Part shown: positions 23,201 to 31,870 of the stretch, one piece after another
Numbering within the stretch: the first letter of the stretch is position 1
Layout of the letters: the number at the start of each line of letters is the position of its first letter
NCBI GenBank assembly: GCA_029974275.1
Contig: JARKSN010000084.1
Span: forward strand, 1 to 64,000
Origin: Candidatus Hydrogenedentota bacterium
Lineage (GTDB): Bacteria; Hydrogenedentota; Hydrogenedentia; Hydrogenedentales; SLHB01
Reading direction: 5' to 3'
DNA length: 64,000 nucleotides
The notes under the pieces: generated by a model
The model's database searches: none
Told to the model about the DNA's origin: nothing
Seen by the model: only the letters and a program-made list of their open reading frames with translations
Position numbers and translations under genes: made by a program

Positions 23201-24218
23201 TGACATCCCGATTTCCCGTTCCCGAAAAGCCCCCCTTCACGATCGAGTGATGAACATTCGCCGAACCCGGATGACCGTCATGCGCCTCTACGACGATTTC
23301 GCCCGGCGCGTCGTCATACAATATACAGTTGACAAGTTCCGCCGCCGCGCCCCTATTCACCACGGCTCCCCCGGCGCCGCCAGCCACGTTGCCCGTCATC
23401 GAGCAGTTCCTGAATCGAACATTCCCCCCCACCAGTTCCGTCGCGCCGCCGGCTCCCACGGCGGTATTGGTCCGCAGCACACAGTTCGCCATATCCCCCG
23501 ACGCATGATTCAGCGAAAGCGCCCCGCCATTCGCGGAAGCGCGATTGCCGATAAACAAGCAATTTTCAAGCGTTATCGTTCCCGACTGCGCCCGTATCGC
23601 TCCGCCGGACACGGCCTCGTTGCGCACAAATTCGCACCCTCGCACGATCAGCGTCGCTTCGCGACTGTACAGGGCCCCGCCATCGCCCACGGCTTCGTTA
23701 TCCGAAAATATGCACCTATTGACGGTCATGGATATGCCGACCGCCAGCAAGCCTCCGCCATGACGCTCGGTTGCGGGGGATCCATCCGCCATCCCCCCCC
23801 GTATCCGAAAACCGTCCAGCACGGCCCCCTCCGCTCCGATGACTGCGTGAAAGGCCGGACGGCCTCCACGCGCCCGCGCAGCGTCAATTATCGTGGGATA
23901 GCGATCCCCGTCTCGGGCTTCTCGCGCCGTCTCCAGCCCTAGAAAGCCTCCATACACAGAAACGCCTTGCCGCAGCACGAGCGATCCTGAAATGACGTTG
24001 CGAGCCTCTCCATACACGCCGGAAACCACCCATACCTCATCCCCAGGATGCTGTGCCGCCGCATCCACGCCATCCTGGATCGTAACGAAGGCCGTGTCCC
24101 ACGACAAACCGTCATGCGGCCCGCCTGTATTGGCATGATTGACATGCCAAACTGCGGCTTGGAGCGGCATTCCCCATAAGAGAAGCCCCAACACGAGGAT
24201 CAGAAACACCGTCTTCAT
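20244..24218 (-). CDS. Large secreted protein: three beta-helix modules, acidic Ca-binding repeats, C-terminal dockerin
   Basis: Signal peptide; three modules each starting VxxV...G.SW..A and ending D(I/L/M)GAYE, with GG(A/G)(L/I) and FxxN repeats; DxDGDG repeats; duplicated DVNxDGxxDAxDVQxVINxAL. Confidence 0.85.
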   Translation of the reverse strand: MKTVFLILVLGLLLWGMPLQAAVWHVNHANTGGPHDGLSWDTAFVTIQDGVDAAAQHPGDEVWVVSGVYGEARNVISGSLVLRQGVSVYGGFLGLETAREARDGDRYPTIIDAARARGGRPAFHAVIGAEGAVLDGFRIRGGMADGSPATERHGGGLLAVGISMTVNRCIFSDNEAVGDGGALYSREATLIVRGCEFVRNEAVSGGAIRAQSGTITLENCLFIGNRASANGGALSLNHASGDMANCVLRTNTAVGAGGATELVGGNVRFRNCSMTGNVAGGAGGAVVNRGAAAELVNCILYDDAPGEIVVEAHDGHPGSANVHHSIVKGGFSGTGNRDVSPGFVDAASGDLRLREDSPALDMGVSLQAPARDIANVVRPQRSGVDIGAYEMPPVVYVDKDLGISGNGTSWAKAFTRVQPAIDTAAALGGGQVWIKGGVYEEDRSETSAAGALTLRSRVHVYGGFAGGETASADRPMDGTPSVISGVRARNGEMARHVVEIVNCSDVTLDGLTISGGGASGPGANDPNGGGLYVAGSRGAVNRCVITQNIAQAKGGGAYVADSILSWDRCLFLANASPAGGGLFHVASRVQLDTCCFIGNWAGSAHSIQGVTSHAALLNSTLASSQESTAPELVNQEATTVIVNSIVWSSASPALSGAGFDARHSNIRGFSGGTEVMDADPLFVDIEALDVHLGAASPCIDKGDALYAARPDWEGRARPQRRGTDLGAYEFPGNVVYVDERSSALVKTGASWATALTGVQEGIEKAYATGGEVWVAQGFYYWNGAQPDAGAFVLRPGVDVYGGFSGRETARDQRNVSRHATVLYGVNPGSGTAATHVITGANDTILDGLYIQGGDARGKSAPSGGGLYVWHMSMTLRDCVFSNNKASRGGALSVDSSNINLSRCVFENNMATQTGGGIGIRWSNLRAIDCVFRGCEASDGGGIWSENSEIAFRKCFFEGNRAQGGGFLGGGAIGASTGTDLLAVACEFTGNIAPAGGVLACEEMALFMANCIAYDNEAGTAGGVLYSMGFVSGTLGEPRILGCTFYGNKGLMGSAYYSTNGPLPLSENTIVWGNGPDVVVGDAPFRYSIVQRNEPGPGNLNEPPLFVDPSIGDFRIVADSPARDSAARADELTGTVPREATSVDIRNMPKPQGSGPDMGAYEFAESDSDGDGIFDETEGDEDPDQDGIANYLDFDSDNDGLDDRLERSLGLDPYDASDAEADPDSDGLSTRDEALLHHTNPFVADTDGGGVKDGDEIRLGRNPLSPHDDNPYDVNVDGQVDAIDVQLVINGALRIPVPFHTDVNLDGATDALDVQMVINAALRLM

Positions 24219-24547
24219 GGCGACCAACCTTTCTGTGGTCCTGGAGCAAACGGCTCACCCACCTTGCGAGAAACGCCCGCAAAGACCCGGTAACCATTGC
24301 GCCTCGCCACCCAGCCTTGCTGCATGTGGCCCTTCCCTGTCCGCACTTGCCTCGACATCCTCATCGTCCATCCCAGACAGCCAACAGCCTGCAAGCTTCC
24401 TGGCGTCTCACCTCGCCAGACACCGCGCCAACCGAAAAGCATAATAATTTCTTGCCAACTTAGAGGATAATATAAAATTTATTGATTTGTCAACAGAAAA
24501 CTGATGGCGTCCAAGCGTGTCTTCTGGAATTAACTTGAATTTTTCGC

Positions 24548-24576
24548 TTGAGGCGACGCACAGGGCGTAGTATACT
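24548..24576 (+). promoter_or_regulatory. Sigma-70 promoter of the EF-G paralog
   Basis: TTGAGG-17 bp-TATACT, downstream of an AT-rich tract. Confidence 0.6.
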
Positions 24577-24685
24577 TTGCGGTCTGTTCATGGGGCCCGG
24601 CGGGCTGCGTGCGTCCGATCGAGTGCGCGACGCTGGAGAGATTCGTATAGGTTCAAACGGAAGCGGCATAGTGGAGGGATTCCAG

Positions 24686-26722
24686 ATGGCCAGTGTGGAT
24701 GCCAGCAAGGTGCGTAATTTCGGAGTTCTAGGACACGGCGGCACGGGGAAGACGACACTGATCGAACACATCCTCCACATGGCCGGGTTGACGAGTCGCA
24801 TCGGCAGCGTAAACGACGGCAACACCGTTGGGGATTATCTCGAAGAGGAAATTGCGCGCAAACAGACCATCGCCATGAAGCTGATGCACCTGGATTGGAA
24901 GGGTTCTCGCGTACACATCGTGGATCACCCGGGTTACGTGGATTTCCTTGGGGAAGTCGCGGCTTCGACGCCGTTGCTGGACGGTCTTGTGATCGTGGTC
25001 GACGCCACAACCGGCGTCCAGGTTGGCACGGACAATGCCTTCCGATATGCCGATGAACACCACACCCCGCGCGCTATTTTCGTCAACAAGCTCGACCGCG
25101 AACACACGAATTTCGACGAGGTCGTCGCAGGTCTCCAATCCGCATATGGCCAGCAGTGCGTGCCCCTCGTCATCCCGATCGGCGCAGGCGAAGGACTGCG
25201 CGGCGTCGTGAACATTCTCAAAGGCAGCGACCCCGCAGTGGCCGATCAGATCGAATCCCTCAAGGCCTCCATGGTCGATGTCGTGGCCGAATCGGACGAC
25301 GCTCTCCTGGAAAAATACCTGGAATCGGGCGAACTTTCTCCCGAAGAGTTCGAACAAGGCCTGCGCGTCGGCATTAAATCGGGCAAAATCATCCCGATCG
25401 TCGCGGGAAGCGTGACAAAAAAGATTGGCATCTCCGAACTCATCGACTTGGTGGTGGAGTCTTTCCCGTCGCCTCTGGACCGCAAGGTCGTCGCCCGCAA
25501 TCGCGCGAACGAGGAGGTCGAGATACAGGTATCCGCTGACGCCCCCTTCTTCGGTCAGGTGTTCCGCAGCATCGTCGACCCGTATGTAGGCCAATTGACC
25601 CTGTTCCGCGTCCTGTCCGGCACGCTCCGCTCGGATTCCGATTTCTACAACGTCACGTCCAGCACCAAGGAGCGCAGCGGCAAGATTTTCATGCTGCGCG
25701 GCAAGGAGCAGGTGCAGGTGGAGGCGGTAGGCCCTGGCGACTTGGCCGCCATGACCAAACTGAAGAGCACGCATTTCGGCGACACGATCGCGGTCGCGGG
25801 CACGGAACTTCAGATGCCGAAGATCGTTTTGCCCGAGTCGATGGTCAAGCTGGCGATTTCGCCGAAATCTCGCGCGGACGAGGACAAAATCGGCGAGGCG
25901 CTCAACCGCATCGCCGAGGAAGACCCGACCTTCACCCACTACCGCGACACCGAGACGAACGAGCACGTCATCAAGGGCATGGGCGATCTGCAGCTCGATA
26001 TTTTGCTCGACCGCATGAAGCGCAAATTTCACGTCGAAGCCGAGACCCGCACGCCCAAGGTGGCGTTCAAGGAAACCGTCAAAGGCAAGTCCGATGTGCA
26101 AGGCAAGCACAAGAAACAGTCGGGCGGTCACGGCCAGTACGGCGACGTTCATATTCGCATTTCTCCGAACGAGCGCGGTGGCGGGTACAAATTCGTCGAC
26201 AGCATCGTCGGCGGCACAGTGCCCCGGCAGTACATCCCGCACGTGGACAAGGGTTGTCAGGAAGCCCTGTTGCGCGGCGTAATCGCCGGATTCCCGGTGG
26301 TGGACACCGTTGTCGAGTTGCACTTCGGCTCGTACCACGACGTCGACTCTTCGGAAATGGCGTTCAAGATCGCTGCGTCGCTGGCCATCCAGAAGGGCGT
26401 GAAGGAGGCGAAACCCTGTATCCTCGAACCGGTCATGGAAATCCAGGTGACGATTCCCGAGGAATTCATGGGCGACATCAACGGCGACCTCAACAGTCGT
26501 CGCGGCCGCATCTTGGGCATGGAACAGATTGGCGGCGGGCGTCAGCTCATCCGTGCGCTCGTCCCGGAATCGGAAGTGCTGCGATATTCGACGGATCTCC
26601 GCAGTAAAACCGGCGGCCGCGGAACCTACTCGCTGAAGTTCGACCACTACGAGGAAGTGCCCGAGCACATCGCGCAGGGCCTTGTCGCCGAATACGAACG
26701 CGCCCGCGCGGCAGGCGAATAG
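24686..26722 (+). CDS. fusA: Elongation factor G paralog (EF-G2 type)
   Basis: GHGGTGKTT, DHPGYVDF, NKLD, EEDPT, GMGDLQL, KKQSGGHGQYG, GSYHDVDSSEMAFK, LEPVM. Standalone, not in a str operon. Confidence 0.92.
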   Translation: MASVDASKVRNFGVLGHGGTGKTTLIEHILHMAGLTSRIGSVNDGNTVGDYLEEEIARKQTIAMKLMHLDWKGSRVHIVDHPGYVDFLGEVAASTPLLDGLVIVVDATTGVQVGTDNAFRYADEHHTPRAIFVNKLDREHTNFDEVVAGLQSAYGQQCVPLVIPIGAGEGLRGVVNILKGSDPAVADQIESLKASMVDVVAESDDALLEKYLESGELSPEEFEQGLRVGIKSGKIIPIVAGSVTKKIGISELIDLVVESFPSPLDRKVVARNRANEEVEIQVSADAPFFGQVFRSIVDPYVGQLTLFRVLSGTLRSDSDFYNVTSSTKERSGKIFMLRGKEQVQVEAVGPGDLAAMTKLKSTHFGDTIAVAGTELQMPKIVLPESMVKLAISPKSRADEDKIGEALNRIAEEDPTFTHYRDTETNEHVIKGMGDLQLDILLDRMKRKFHVEAETRTPKVAFKETVKGKSDVQGKHKKQSGGHGQYGDVHIRISPNERGGGYKFVDSIVGGTVPRQYIPHVDKGCQEALLRGVIAGFPVVDTVVELHFGSYHDVDSSEMAFKIAASLAIQKGVKEAKPCILEPVMEIQVTIPEEFMGDINGDLNSRRGRILGMEQIGGGRQLIRALVPESEVLRYSTDLRSKTGGRGTYSLKFDHYEEVPEHIAQGLVAEYERARAAGE

Positions 26723-26758
26723 CGCTCCGCACAAAGAACAATCGGCTTTCTCCATCTG

Positions 26759-26785
26759 AAACGGGAGGCTCTCGCCTCCCGTTTT
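26759..26785 (+). terminator. Rho-independent terminator after the EF-G paralog
   Basis: AAACGGGAGGC-TCTC-GCCTCCCGTTTT. Confidence 0.8.
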
Positions 26786-26960
26786 CGTTGCTCTCCTCCT
26801 TCTGCCCTTAAGATGACTTTATGAGTAATTTAACTAACCAAACCAAGGATCAAATAGCTGTCTTTTTTGATAAATCATATTTCACGAATGACAATCCGAC
26901 GGTATTCCCACGACACATTTTACTGATCGCCACGCCGCAAAACATACACAACTCAATTAT

Positions 26961-26973
26961 TATCAATATGTTA
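26961..26973 (+). promoter_or_regulatory. IHF-type binding site
   Basis: TATCAATATGTTA matches WATCAANNNNTTR exactly, with AT-rich 5' flank, just upstream of the sigma-54 site. Confidence 0.65.
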
Positions 26974-26990
26974 CGATTTCCGTTCGCTGA

Positions 26991-27006
26991 TGGCACGCAC
27001 ATTGCT
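26991..27006 (+). promoter_or_regulatory. Sigma-54 (-24/-12) promoter
   Basis: TGGCAC-GCACA-TTGCT matches TGGCAC-N5-TTGCW exactly. Confidence 0.85.
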
Positions 27007-27203
27007 TGTTATATGACGGCTCAAGGAAACGTGGTCTGGTTTCCATGGGCAGACCAGAGCGTGAGAGGCGAATGAGTGTCACGGGGTAATCCCAGCCGAT
27101 CTGGCTCAGTCGAAGGTATGCGTCGCTCCCGAAGTGTTGTGATGGGCCGCGACGAGAGCATTTAGAAACGAACGATGCACGACCGTGAAGGAGGATGGAA
27201 ACG

Positions 27204-27917
27204 ATGAAACGCACAGTGAGTTTGTTGGCGCTACTGCTGGTCATGGCTTTGCCGGCGATGGCTTTGCCTATCCCGAGTGAACCGTGGTATGACCCCATCA
27301 CTCATCCGGCGCAATCGAACGCCGAGTTGAACCTGTACCAGATTGTGAATCTGCTCTATGGAACGTCGTATACATCCAACGCCGCGATGGAGTTCGCCGC
27401 GATTAGCAGCTCAATCTTCTCGGGCCAGCAGACGCTCGTCGCGGAAGCTAAATACGCCGGCCACAACCCGCAGGAAATGGGCTGGTATCAGCCCGTAGGC
27501 GCGGGCCCCGTCACCACGTACACCCCCTTGCTTTCCGTCTCCGGCAAAGGCGTGGCGGGTTTTCCGGGCAACACCCTGTCGGGAACCCTGTCCAGCACGT
27601 TCAATCCCGCGGGACCGTTTGGGTTCTATTTGGAATCCCCCCAGAATAGCGGCAACAACTTCTATTCCGAATCGTGGCGCAATGCGGGCGCAGACCACCT
27701 GGTGATATACGATCTGGGAACGCTGGTCGGCGCGCCGTATGCGAACCGGTACCTGTTGGGATGGGAAGATGTACCCTATTCGCAGGCTGACAAGGATTAC
27801 AACGACCTGGTGGTGGAACTGACAAGCGTGGTTCCGGAACCGGCTTCGATGCTCTTGCTGGGCCTTGGCATCGCGGGCATGGTCGTGCGGAAGCGTTTCC
27901 GCGCACAGACGGCTTAA
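27204..27917 (+). CDS. PEP-CTERM sorting-signal protein with DUF4114-like domain
   Basis: Signal peptide; GWED...DKDYNDLVV; C-terminal VPEPASMLLLGLGIAGMVVRKR. SD GAAGGAGG 9 nt before ATG. Confidence 0.92.
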   Translation: MKRTVSLLALLLVMALPAMALPIPSEPWYDPITHPAQSNAELNLYQIVNLLYGTSYTSNAAMEFAAISSSIFSGQQTLVAEAKYAGHNPQEMGWYQPVGAGPVTTYTPLLSVSGKGVAGFPGNTLSGTLSSTFNPAGPFGFYLESPQNSGNNFYSESWRNAGADHLVIYDLGTLVGAPYANRYLLGWEDVPYSQADKDYNDLVVELTSVVPEPASMLLLGLGIAGMVVRKRFRAQTA

Positions 27918-27930
27918 TCCAACGACGCAG

Positions 27931-27971
27931 AAAAAATATCCGCGGCCGGATTCGTCCGGCCGCGTTTTTTT
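27931..27971. terminator. Probably bidirectional intrinsic terminator
   Basis: AAAAAA..CGCGGCCGGA-TTCG-TCCGGCCGCG-TTTTTTT between convergent genes. Confidence 0.88.
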
Positions 27972-28013
27972 ATTGCGTAGCGCCGAGAACGGCGTCGGCT
28001 GTATCCGTACGAA

Positions 28014-30191
28014 TCACCGCTTTCTGGAATATGCCAACACCTTTTTCAAGGCGTCGACGACTTCTTGCACGTTCTTTTCCGTCATGCCCGGATGCAGCGG
28101 CAGCGAGAGAACCGATTCGGAAGCGTTCGTGGCATGGGGCAGATCGCCTGGGCGAACGTCGAGGGTCTCCCGGTAGTAGGCATGCGTGTGCAGGCCCAAG
28201 AAATGGACGCGCGCCTCAATGTTTTCCTGGATCAGGGCATGGGCGATCTCGTCGCGCGTCATGGTTATCTTGTCCAGATTGAGCCGGATGATCATCAGAT
28301 GCCACGCGTGCTCGACATCGGGCATGACGGCAGGCAATGTGATCTCCTCGATTTCGCCCAATGCCTGTCGGTACCGCTGGGCAAAACGCCTTCTGGCCGC
28401 GATAAACCCCGGCAGCTTCAGTAATTGTTGCAGCCCCATGGCGGCGGAGACGTTGGTCATGTTGTACTTGAAGCCCGGCAATGCGACTTGGGGCGGGGCG
28501 GCGGGCGCGTGTTTGCCGTAGCGGCTCCAAGCCGTGGACATCATTCCGTTGTGCGCGAGCAGGCGCAGGCGTTTGGCCGTTTCCTCGTCGGCGCAGGTGA
28601 TGGCGCCCCCTTCGATGGTCGTAATGTTTTTGACGGGATAAAAGCTGAAACACGTGTACGGACTGCACGAACCAACAGGCTTGCCGCGATAGCTCGCGCC
28701 CAGTGAATGGGCCGCGTCTTCGATGACGGCGATTCCGTGACGCGCCGCGATGGCGTGGATCGCGTCGAGATCGCATGGCTGGCCGGCCAGATCGACCGGG
28801 ATTACGGCCTTGGTCCGCGGCGTGATGGCCGCTTCCAAGGCGGCCGGGTCGAGATTGAGCGTATCCGGACGAATATCCGCCAGGACCAGTTTCGCGCCCA
28901 TATTGACGATCGTGTTGGCCGTCGAGGCGAAGGTGATCGGCGGACTGATCACTTCGTCGCCGCGCCCTACGCCCGCATGGACCAGGCACAAATGAAGCGC
29001 CGCCGTGCAGGACGAAACCGCCACGCACTGTGGAGAGGCCGTCGCTGCCGCGAAGGCTTTTTCGAATTCCTGCACCTTGGCTCCGGTTGTAAGCCATCCG
29101 CTTCGCAAGACGTCCTCGACGGCGCGCTCTTCCTCGGCCCCGATGTTGGGGGGCGATAGCCCGATGAAACGAGGGGCCGACGGCTCCCCGCCCTGCTCGA
29201 CGGGCATCGCCAATAGGTGTTTCATCCAACGGACGTTGAAGTAGATATCGTCGAATGGATCGACCCCGGTTCTCTGTAGACCGTCGCGGATTTCGCGGAC
29301 GCCTTCCTCGACGCTGTGTTCGTGCGTATAGCCGAGCACGCGCAGTATTTTATTGAACTGGACGTTGTAGTTGCGCAAATCTTCATCGCTGACCACGTCT
29401 TCGATCGTCGATCCGGGAAACATCGAACCAACCAGATCGGCAAGCGCACGGATTTGGTAGTTGGCGTCGTCAGACCCCACGTTGAACACCTCGCCGGCGA
29501 CTTTTTCCGCTGGCGCCTGGACCAGCAAGGCGAAGGCCCGGGCTACATCCCGAACATGCAAGAAGGGACGCCACTGCTCGCCGCCGCCGTAGACGCGGAT
29601 AAGGCGCTTGCGCACCGCCGTCGCCGCCATTTGATTGATGGCAAGGTCGAAGCGCATCCGATCCGACCAACCGAATAGAGTGGCCGGGCGGGCGACAACC
29701 GGCTCAAACCGTTCGCTCGACAGCGGCAGGAGGAACTGCTCGCACATCAGCTTGCCGCGCGCGTACGTGGAAACGGGGTTCGTCGGGCTTTCCTCGTCAA
29801 GAAGGCCTATTACGCCCTTCCCATAGACGCTGCACGAAGAGGCCAGAACAAACCGCCGCACGCCCTGGACTAAGGCGCGGCCCACCAAATCGCGCGTGCC
29901 CTCGACGTTTACGTCCATGGCCATCTCGGCGTCCAAATCGCAGGAAGGATCGTTCGAAAGGCCCGCCAGATGGATGATCGCCTCGATGTCATCCAGGAGC
30001 CGGGGATAGTCGCGCAGTTTACGGATATCCCCCTGGATCACTTCGCAATGGGGCAAGCGCTTGAAACGCTCCTCCGCGGCATGGCCAAAATACATGCGGT
30101 CGAACACGCGCACGCGGTGTCCTTGTTCGGCCAGCATCGGCGCCAAATGGCACCCGACATATCCCGCCCCGCCCGTCACCAAGATATTCAT
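28014..30191 (-). CDS. Fused NAD-dependent epimerase/dehydratase (SDR) and DegT/DnrJ-family sugar aminotransferase
   Basis: N-half GGAGYVG, ASSCSVYG, YARGK, RFDL. C-half SGWLTTG, SSCTAALH, EDAAHS, FSFYPVKNITTIEGG, LSLPLHP. Confidence 0.9.
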   Translation of the reverse strand: MNILVTGGAGYVGCHLAPMLAEQGHRVRVFDRMYFGHAAEERFKRLPHCEVIQGDIRKLRDYPRLLDDIEAIIHLAGLSNDPSCDLDAEMAMDVNVEGTRDLVGRALVQGVRRFVLASSCSVYGKGVIGLLDEESPTNPVSTYARGKLMCEQFLLPLSSERFEPVVARPATLFGWSDRMRFDLAINQMAATAVRKRLIRVYGGGEQWRPFLHVRDVARAFALLVQAPAEKVAGEVFNVGSDDANYQIRALADLVGSMFPGSTIEDVVSDEDLRNYNVQFNKILRVLGYTHEHSVEEGVREIRDGLQRTGVDPFDDIYFNVRWMKHLLAMPVEQGGEPSAPRFIGLSPPNIGAEEERAVEDVLRSGWLTTGAKVQEFEKAFAAATASPQCVAVSSCTAALHLCLVHAGVGRGDEVISPPITFASTANTIVNMGAKLVLADIRPDTLNLDPAALEAAITPRTKAVIPVDLAGQPCDLDAIHAIAARHGIAVIEDAAHSLGASYRGKPVGSCSPYTCFSFYPVKNITTIEGGAITCADEETAKRLRLLAHNGMMSTAWSRYGKHAPAAPPQVALPGFKYNMTNVSAAMGLQQLLKLPGFIAARRRFAQRYRQALGEIEEITLPAVMPDVEHAWHLMIIRLNLDKITMTRDEIAHALIQENIEARVHFLGLHTHAYYRETLDVRPGDLPHATNASESVLSLPLHPGMTEKNVQEVVDALKKVLAYSRKR

Positions 30192-30345
30192 GTGTTTTGC
30201 GCCCTTTGCGTTTCGGTTGCTGAATCAGGAGAGGCGAGTATAGCAATTTCCCCTCGCCTCGAAAAGGAAACGAGTGCGCAGAGACGCCGAGGGGCCGACG
30301 GAACAGGACTCCGAAAGAAACAGGAGGCGGTGGGAAAAGAGAACG

Positions 30346-31020
30346 TTATTTTTCTTTTTCGAATTCGCGGTTTCGGTGGCGGACAATGTCGCCGTTGATC
30401 ATGTAGAGCACATCCTCGGCGATGTTGGTGGCGTGATCGCCGATGCGCTCGATATGACGGCTGATGCCGAGGGTGTGAACGAGACGTTCGAGTTGGGCGG
30501 GATGGCGGCGGATAGACTCTTGCACCCGCGCAAAGATATCGCGGTTCATTTGATCGACCTCGTCATCCGCCAAGAGGACTTTGTGCGCCAGAACCGCGTC
30601 TCGATTCACGAGAGCGTCAAGGCTGCTGCGCAGCATCCATTGCGCCTTTTCGGCCATGCTGGGAAAGTCGAAAGCGTCCGTTGTGCGCTCCTCCCGGCCA
30701 AGAAAGGAGGCCTGCTCGGCGATATTCACCGCGGCATCGCCAATGCGCTCTAGTTCCGCATTGATTTTCAAAACGGCAATGATGAAACGGAGATCGTTGG
30801 CGACGGGCTGATACAACGCAATGATCTTGAGGCATTCCTCCTCGATTTCGACTTCCCGATAGTCTATTTCGCTGTCGGCTTCGATGACCGCTTGCGCCAG
30901 GGCGGGATCAAGGTCCCTCAGGGCCTTGAGGGAACGTTGCAGCGTTCCTTCCACAAGGGCGCTTAGCGACAGGATATTCTTTTTGAGGTTGTCGATTTCG
31001 CGTTGCAAATGGCTCGACAT
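30346..31020 (-). CDS. phoU: Phosphate signalling protein PhoU
   Basis: QPVANDLR, ELERIGD, ERIGDHATNIAE. Confidence 0.96.
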   Translation of the reverse strand: MSSHLQREIDNLKKNILSLSALVEGTLQRSLKALRDLDPALAQAVIEADSEIDYREVEIEEECLKIIALYQPVANDLRFIIAVLKINAELERIGDAAVNIAEQASFLGREERTTDAFDFPSMAEKAQWMLRSSLDALVNRDAVLAHKVLLADDEVDQMNRDIFARVQESIRRHPAQLERLVHTLGISRHIERIGDHATNIAEDVLYMINGDIVRHRNREFEKEK

Positions 31021-31096
31021 GCGTCCACTCCTGTTGGTCCCGGCTGGGCGCGCCGCGGTTTCCGTCCCATGGCGCCGCTCTCGGGCATTTTCTCCG

Positions 31097-31870
31097 TCAA
31101 CCGAAACGGCCGGTTATATAATCCTCCGTCTGTTTTTCGGTCGGGTTTGTAAACACTTTGTCGGTGAAATCGTATTCTATCAGGTGGCCCTCATAAAAAA
31201 ACGCCGTATACGTGGAAACGCGAGCGGCTTGTTGCATATTGTGCGTCACGATGACAATGGTATAGTCCTTTTTCAGTTCGCCGATAAGGTCCTCGATGCG
31301 CGTGGTCGATCGAGGGTCGAGCGCCGAGGCGGGCTCGTCCATCAGCAGAACATCCGGGTCCACAGCCAGGGCGCGCGCAATGCACAGCCGTTGCTGCTGG
31401 CCGCCGGAGAGCCCTATCGCGCTTTGGCTCAAGCGGTCCTTCACCTCTTCCCACAGTCCCGCGCGCACAAGACTGCGTTCGACGATTTCGCTCAACACGC
31501 GTCGATCTTTCGTCCCGTGTATGCGCGGGCCGTATGCGATATTATCGAAGATGGACTTGGGGAAAGGGTTCGATTTCTGAAAGACCATCCCCACGCGTTT
31601 TCGCAAGGCCACGACATCGACGCCCTCCTCGTAGATATCTCGCCCGTCAATGCGCACGAGCCCTTCCCGGCGCGTGCCGTCGATAAGGTCGTTCATGCGG
31701 TTGAGGGATCGCAAAAAGGTGGATTTGCCGCACCCCGAGGGCCCGATGAGGGCGGTCACTTCCTTGGCGGGGATCGACATGGTGATGTCGTGAAGGGCCT
31801 GCGCATCGCCGTAGAAAAAGTTGAAGGAACGGGCTTCGATTTTGGCGTTGTCGGCGGAGATGTCTACCAT
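31097..31870 (-). CDS. pstB: Phosphate ABC transporter ATPase
   Basis: [54 protein letters not shown]. Confidence 0.97.
   Translation of the reverse strand: MVDISADNAKIEARSFNFFYGDAQALHDITMSIPAKEVTALIGPSGCGKSTFLRSLNRMNDLIDGTRREGLVRIDGRDIYEEGVDVVALRKRVGMVFQKSNPFPKSIFDNIAYGPRIHGTKDRRVLSEIVERSLVRAGLWEEVKDRLSQSAIGLSGGQQQRLCIARALAVDPDVLLMDEPASALDPRSTTRIEDLIGELKKDYTIVIVTHNMQQAARVSTYTAFFYEGHLIEYDFTDKVFTNPTEKQTEDYITGRFG

Noticed and set aside
24728..26755. 675-aa antisense ORF opposite the EF-G paralog
   Set aside because: Shadow ORF expected from GC-rich codon bias; no recognisable motifs and fully overlaps a conserved gene.
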